Below, piece by piece: positions 62,487 to 64,000 of a DNA stretch of 64,000 nt; the first letter of the stretch is position 1, and each line of letters opens with the position of its first letter. The notes beneath the pieces were generated by a model. That model was not told where the DNA came from, made no database searches, and was given only the letters and a program-made list of their open reading frames with translations. The stretch lies in the NCBI GenBank assembly GCA_963805065.1, contig CAWDSS010000017.1, forward strand, positions 64,726-128,725, written 5' to 3'. The DNA is from Candidatus Omnitrophota bacterium. GTDB lineage: Bacteria > Omnitrophota > Gorgyraeia > Gygaellales > Profunditerraquicolaceae. The translations under genes were made by a program, and so were the position numbers.

Positions 62487-64000
62487 TCAAAATGCGGATG
62501 CTACCGGCAAAGTAATAATGAATGTAGCGCCTTTACCTACCTGACTTCTTACTTCAATTTTTCCTTTATGGTCCTGGATAATCTGATAACTTATGGATAA
62601 TCCAAGGCCGGTGCCTTTTTCCGTCTTAGTGGTGAAGAATGGCTCAAAGATGCGGATTAAATTTTCTTCCGGGATGCCGCAGCCGGTATCGCTAAATTCA
62701 ATTTGCACTGCAGAAGGTAACTTAGACTGTTCATCTAATACATTCTTAGCAGTAAGAGTAATCTGGCCTCCTGTAGGCATGGCCTGCTGGGCATTAAGTA
62801 TAAGATTGGTAAATACCTGTTGTAAGAGGTTAACCACGCCCATAACCCTGACTAAATTCGGCTGGATATTTACGAAGATGCTGACGTTACGCATCTTTAG
62901 CTGATGTTCCATAATGGCAAGCGTCTCCTCAATTGCCAGGCCCACATCCATTAATTCCGGCCGGTCAATAAGGGATTTCCTGGAGAACCTTAATAAGTTA
63001 TTGACGATTTTCTTACAGCGCATAGACTCCTTCTCAATGGACTCAATAAAGCCTTTGCAGGATTTAAAATCATCCGAGCTAAAACCGGGGCGGTTAATTT
63101 TATCCAGCATGAACTGGGCATAGCCTAAAATGCCGCCTAAGGGATTATTTAATTCATGGGCAACACCAGCGCCTAATTGGCCTATAGCTGCCATCTTGGC
63201 AGATTGAATCAGCTGCGTCTGGGCCTCTTGCAACTCGCGGTTGGTCTTCTCTAATCCTTCGTATAATAAATAATTGTTCACCGCTACTGCGATTTCCTGG
63301 CCTGCGGTGGACAAGAGATTGATATCCTCTATCTTGTAGCCTTCGCCGGAGAGTTTCTTACCCAGGCTTAAGATTCCGATTAAGCCTCTTTGCACGATTA
63401 AGGGTATGATTAATTCCGCCTCCAGCAACTCCATAATCTTAAGCCCATCAGGCTTGACATCTTTAAACTTGGGCTCAACTATCAATAATTCTTTTTCCAC
63501 GATATTGCCGTATGTTTGCAGGAAGGCCACAAAAGGGCTATTTTTTTCAAAAGTGACATTGATGTTGCTTAGGCCCTGGCTTTCCCGGATAGCATAGCGG
63601 TCGAGCTTTTCATCAAATAACATCAAATTAACTTTATCTATGTGGATGGTCTCGGCAATCGTAGAGGTAACCGTACGCAACAAATCAGGAGAATCAAGAA
63701 ATAAGCTTATTTTCTTGGCGAACTTTTCTAAGGTCTTACGGTAGTCGTATTTATCCCGATAAAAGATCCTGTCTACAAAATGCTGAGTTTTATCTTTTAG
63801 CGGGGTGATAAAAGACAAAAACAAGGTGATGAGAAAACTTGTGGCGATGATTTCTTGAATACTGGTAGTCTCTTTTCGTAACAGGAATTGGATAAAAACA
63901 ATCGTGCCCCCGTAAGTCAAAAGCACCAGTGATGACAATAAGGCATAAATGATAAACCTGTGGATGAGTGTTTCAGCTTCCATCAGGCGGTATTTAATAA
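62487..64000 (-). CDS. Sensor histidine kinase, copy 2 (N-terminus outside the window)
   Basis: Same domain set as copy 1. The reading frame stays open upstream of the ORF-track Met (..IKYRLMEAETLIHRFIIYALL parallels IKYRLMDIETLVHKIVIYALL of copy 1), so the gene continues beyond base 64000. Confidence 0.85.
   Translation of the reverse strand, partial: IKYRLMEAETLIHRFIIYALLSSLVLLTYGGTIVFIQFLLRKETTSIQEIIATSFLITLFLSFITPLKDKTQHFVDRIFYRDKYDYRKTLEKFAKKISLFLDSPDLLRTVTSTIAETIHIDKVNLMLFDEKLDRYAIRESQGLSNINVTFEKNSPFVAFLQTYGNIVEKELLIVEPKFKDVKPDGLKIMELLEAELIIPLIVQRGLIGILSLGKKLSGEGYKIEDINLLSTAGQEIAVAVNNYLLYEGLEKTNRELQEAQTQLIQSAKMAAIGQLGAGVAHELNNPLGGILGYAQFMLDKINRPGFSSDDFKSCKGFIESIEKESMRCKKIVNNLLRFSRKSLIDRPELMDVGLAIEETLAIMEHQLKMRNVSIFVNIQPNLVRVMGVVNLLQQVFTNLILNAQQAMPTGGQITLTAKNVLDEQSKLPSAVQIEFSDTGCGIPEENLIRIFEPFFTTKTEKGTGLGLSISYQIIQDHKGKIEVRSQVGKGATFIITLPVASAF
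62501..63922. repeat. Near-identical 1.42-kb direct repeat, unit 2 (cytoplasmic part of kinase 2)
   Basis: See unit 1. The translations are identical except for one V/A change and the last 5-6 residues. Confidence 0.85.

Noticed and set aside
60270-63922. 2.2-kb-period direct repeat considered as an insertion sequence or transposon.
   Set aside because: The repeated DNA encodes the GAF/HisKA/HATPase part of two paralogous kinases. There is no transposase, no terminal inverted repeats and no target-site duplication.

Overview
AT-rich bacterial chromosomal window from a diderm-type organism (secretin, TonB/ExbBD and LolA-like genes present). I cannot assign taxonomy from the sequence alone. 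All ~75 credible CDSs lie on the minus strand, tightly packed, many with overlapping stop/start codons. In transcription order (high to low coordinates): two tandem paralogous 7TM-GAF histidine kinases, a CheY-like RR, an RR-GAF-HD-GYP protein, and small membrane and TRL-lipoprotein genes; dusB; recG-rsmD-coaD-yceD-rpmF-plsX-fabH-fabD-fabG-acpP-fabF; leuC-leuD-leuB (leuB broken by two frameshifts) interleaved with three unknown genes; asd-truA; rplM-rpsI; a long argCJBDF-(pilin)-argGH-lysA-dapF-dapA-dapB-dapL-folK-panC-nadX array; a small Lys-rich internally duplicated protein; a DUF2079 / methyltransferase-GT2 / GT-C-like membrane cluster; uvrA; TPR-exbB-exbD-tonB-like; a Zn-ribbon / wHTH / PilX-like trio; and a complete type IV pilus-like block (HTH-pilM/N-pilO-pilP-secretin-pilB-pilC-pilins). 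I saw no rRNA, tRNA, CRISPR, transposase, integrase or recognisable defence genes. The unusual content is mostly at the DNA level. Families of short-period (7-8 nt) tandem repeats and palindromic elements sit at gene junctions and, in frame, inside housekeeping genes. There is also a 64-nt hairpin element in two copies, a ~1.4-kb near-identical block shared by the two adjacent kinase genes, and one ~90-nt plus-strand candidate sRNA bounded by a promoter and a terminator. I could not identify a clear-cut novel multi-gene system; the best candidates are listed with tests. All calls rest on reading the sequence and ORF translations and on remembered family motifs. No database search was run.
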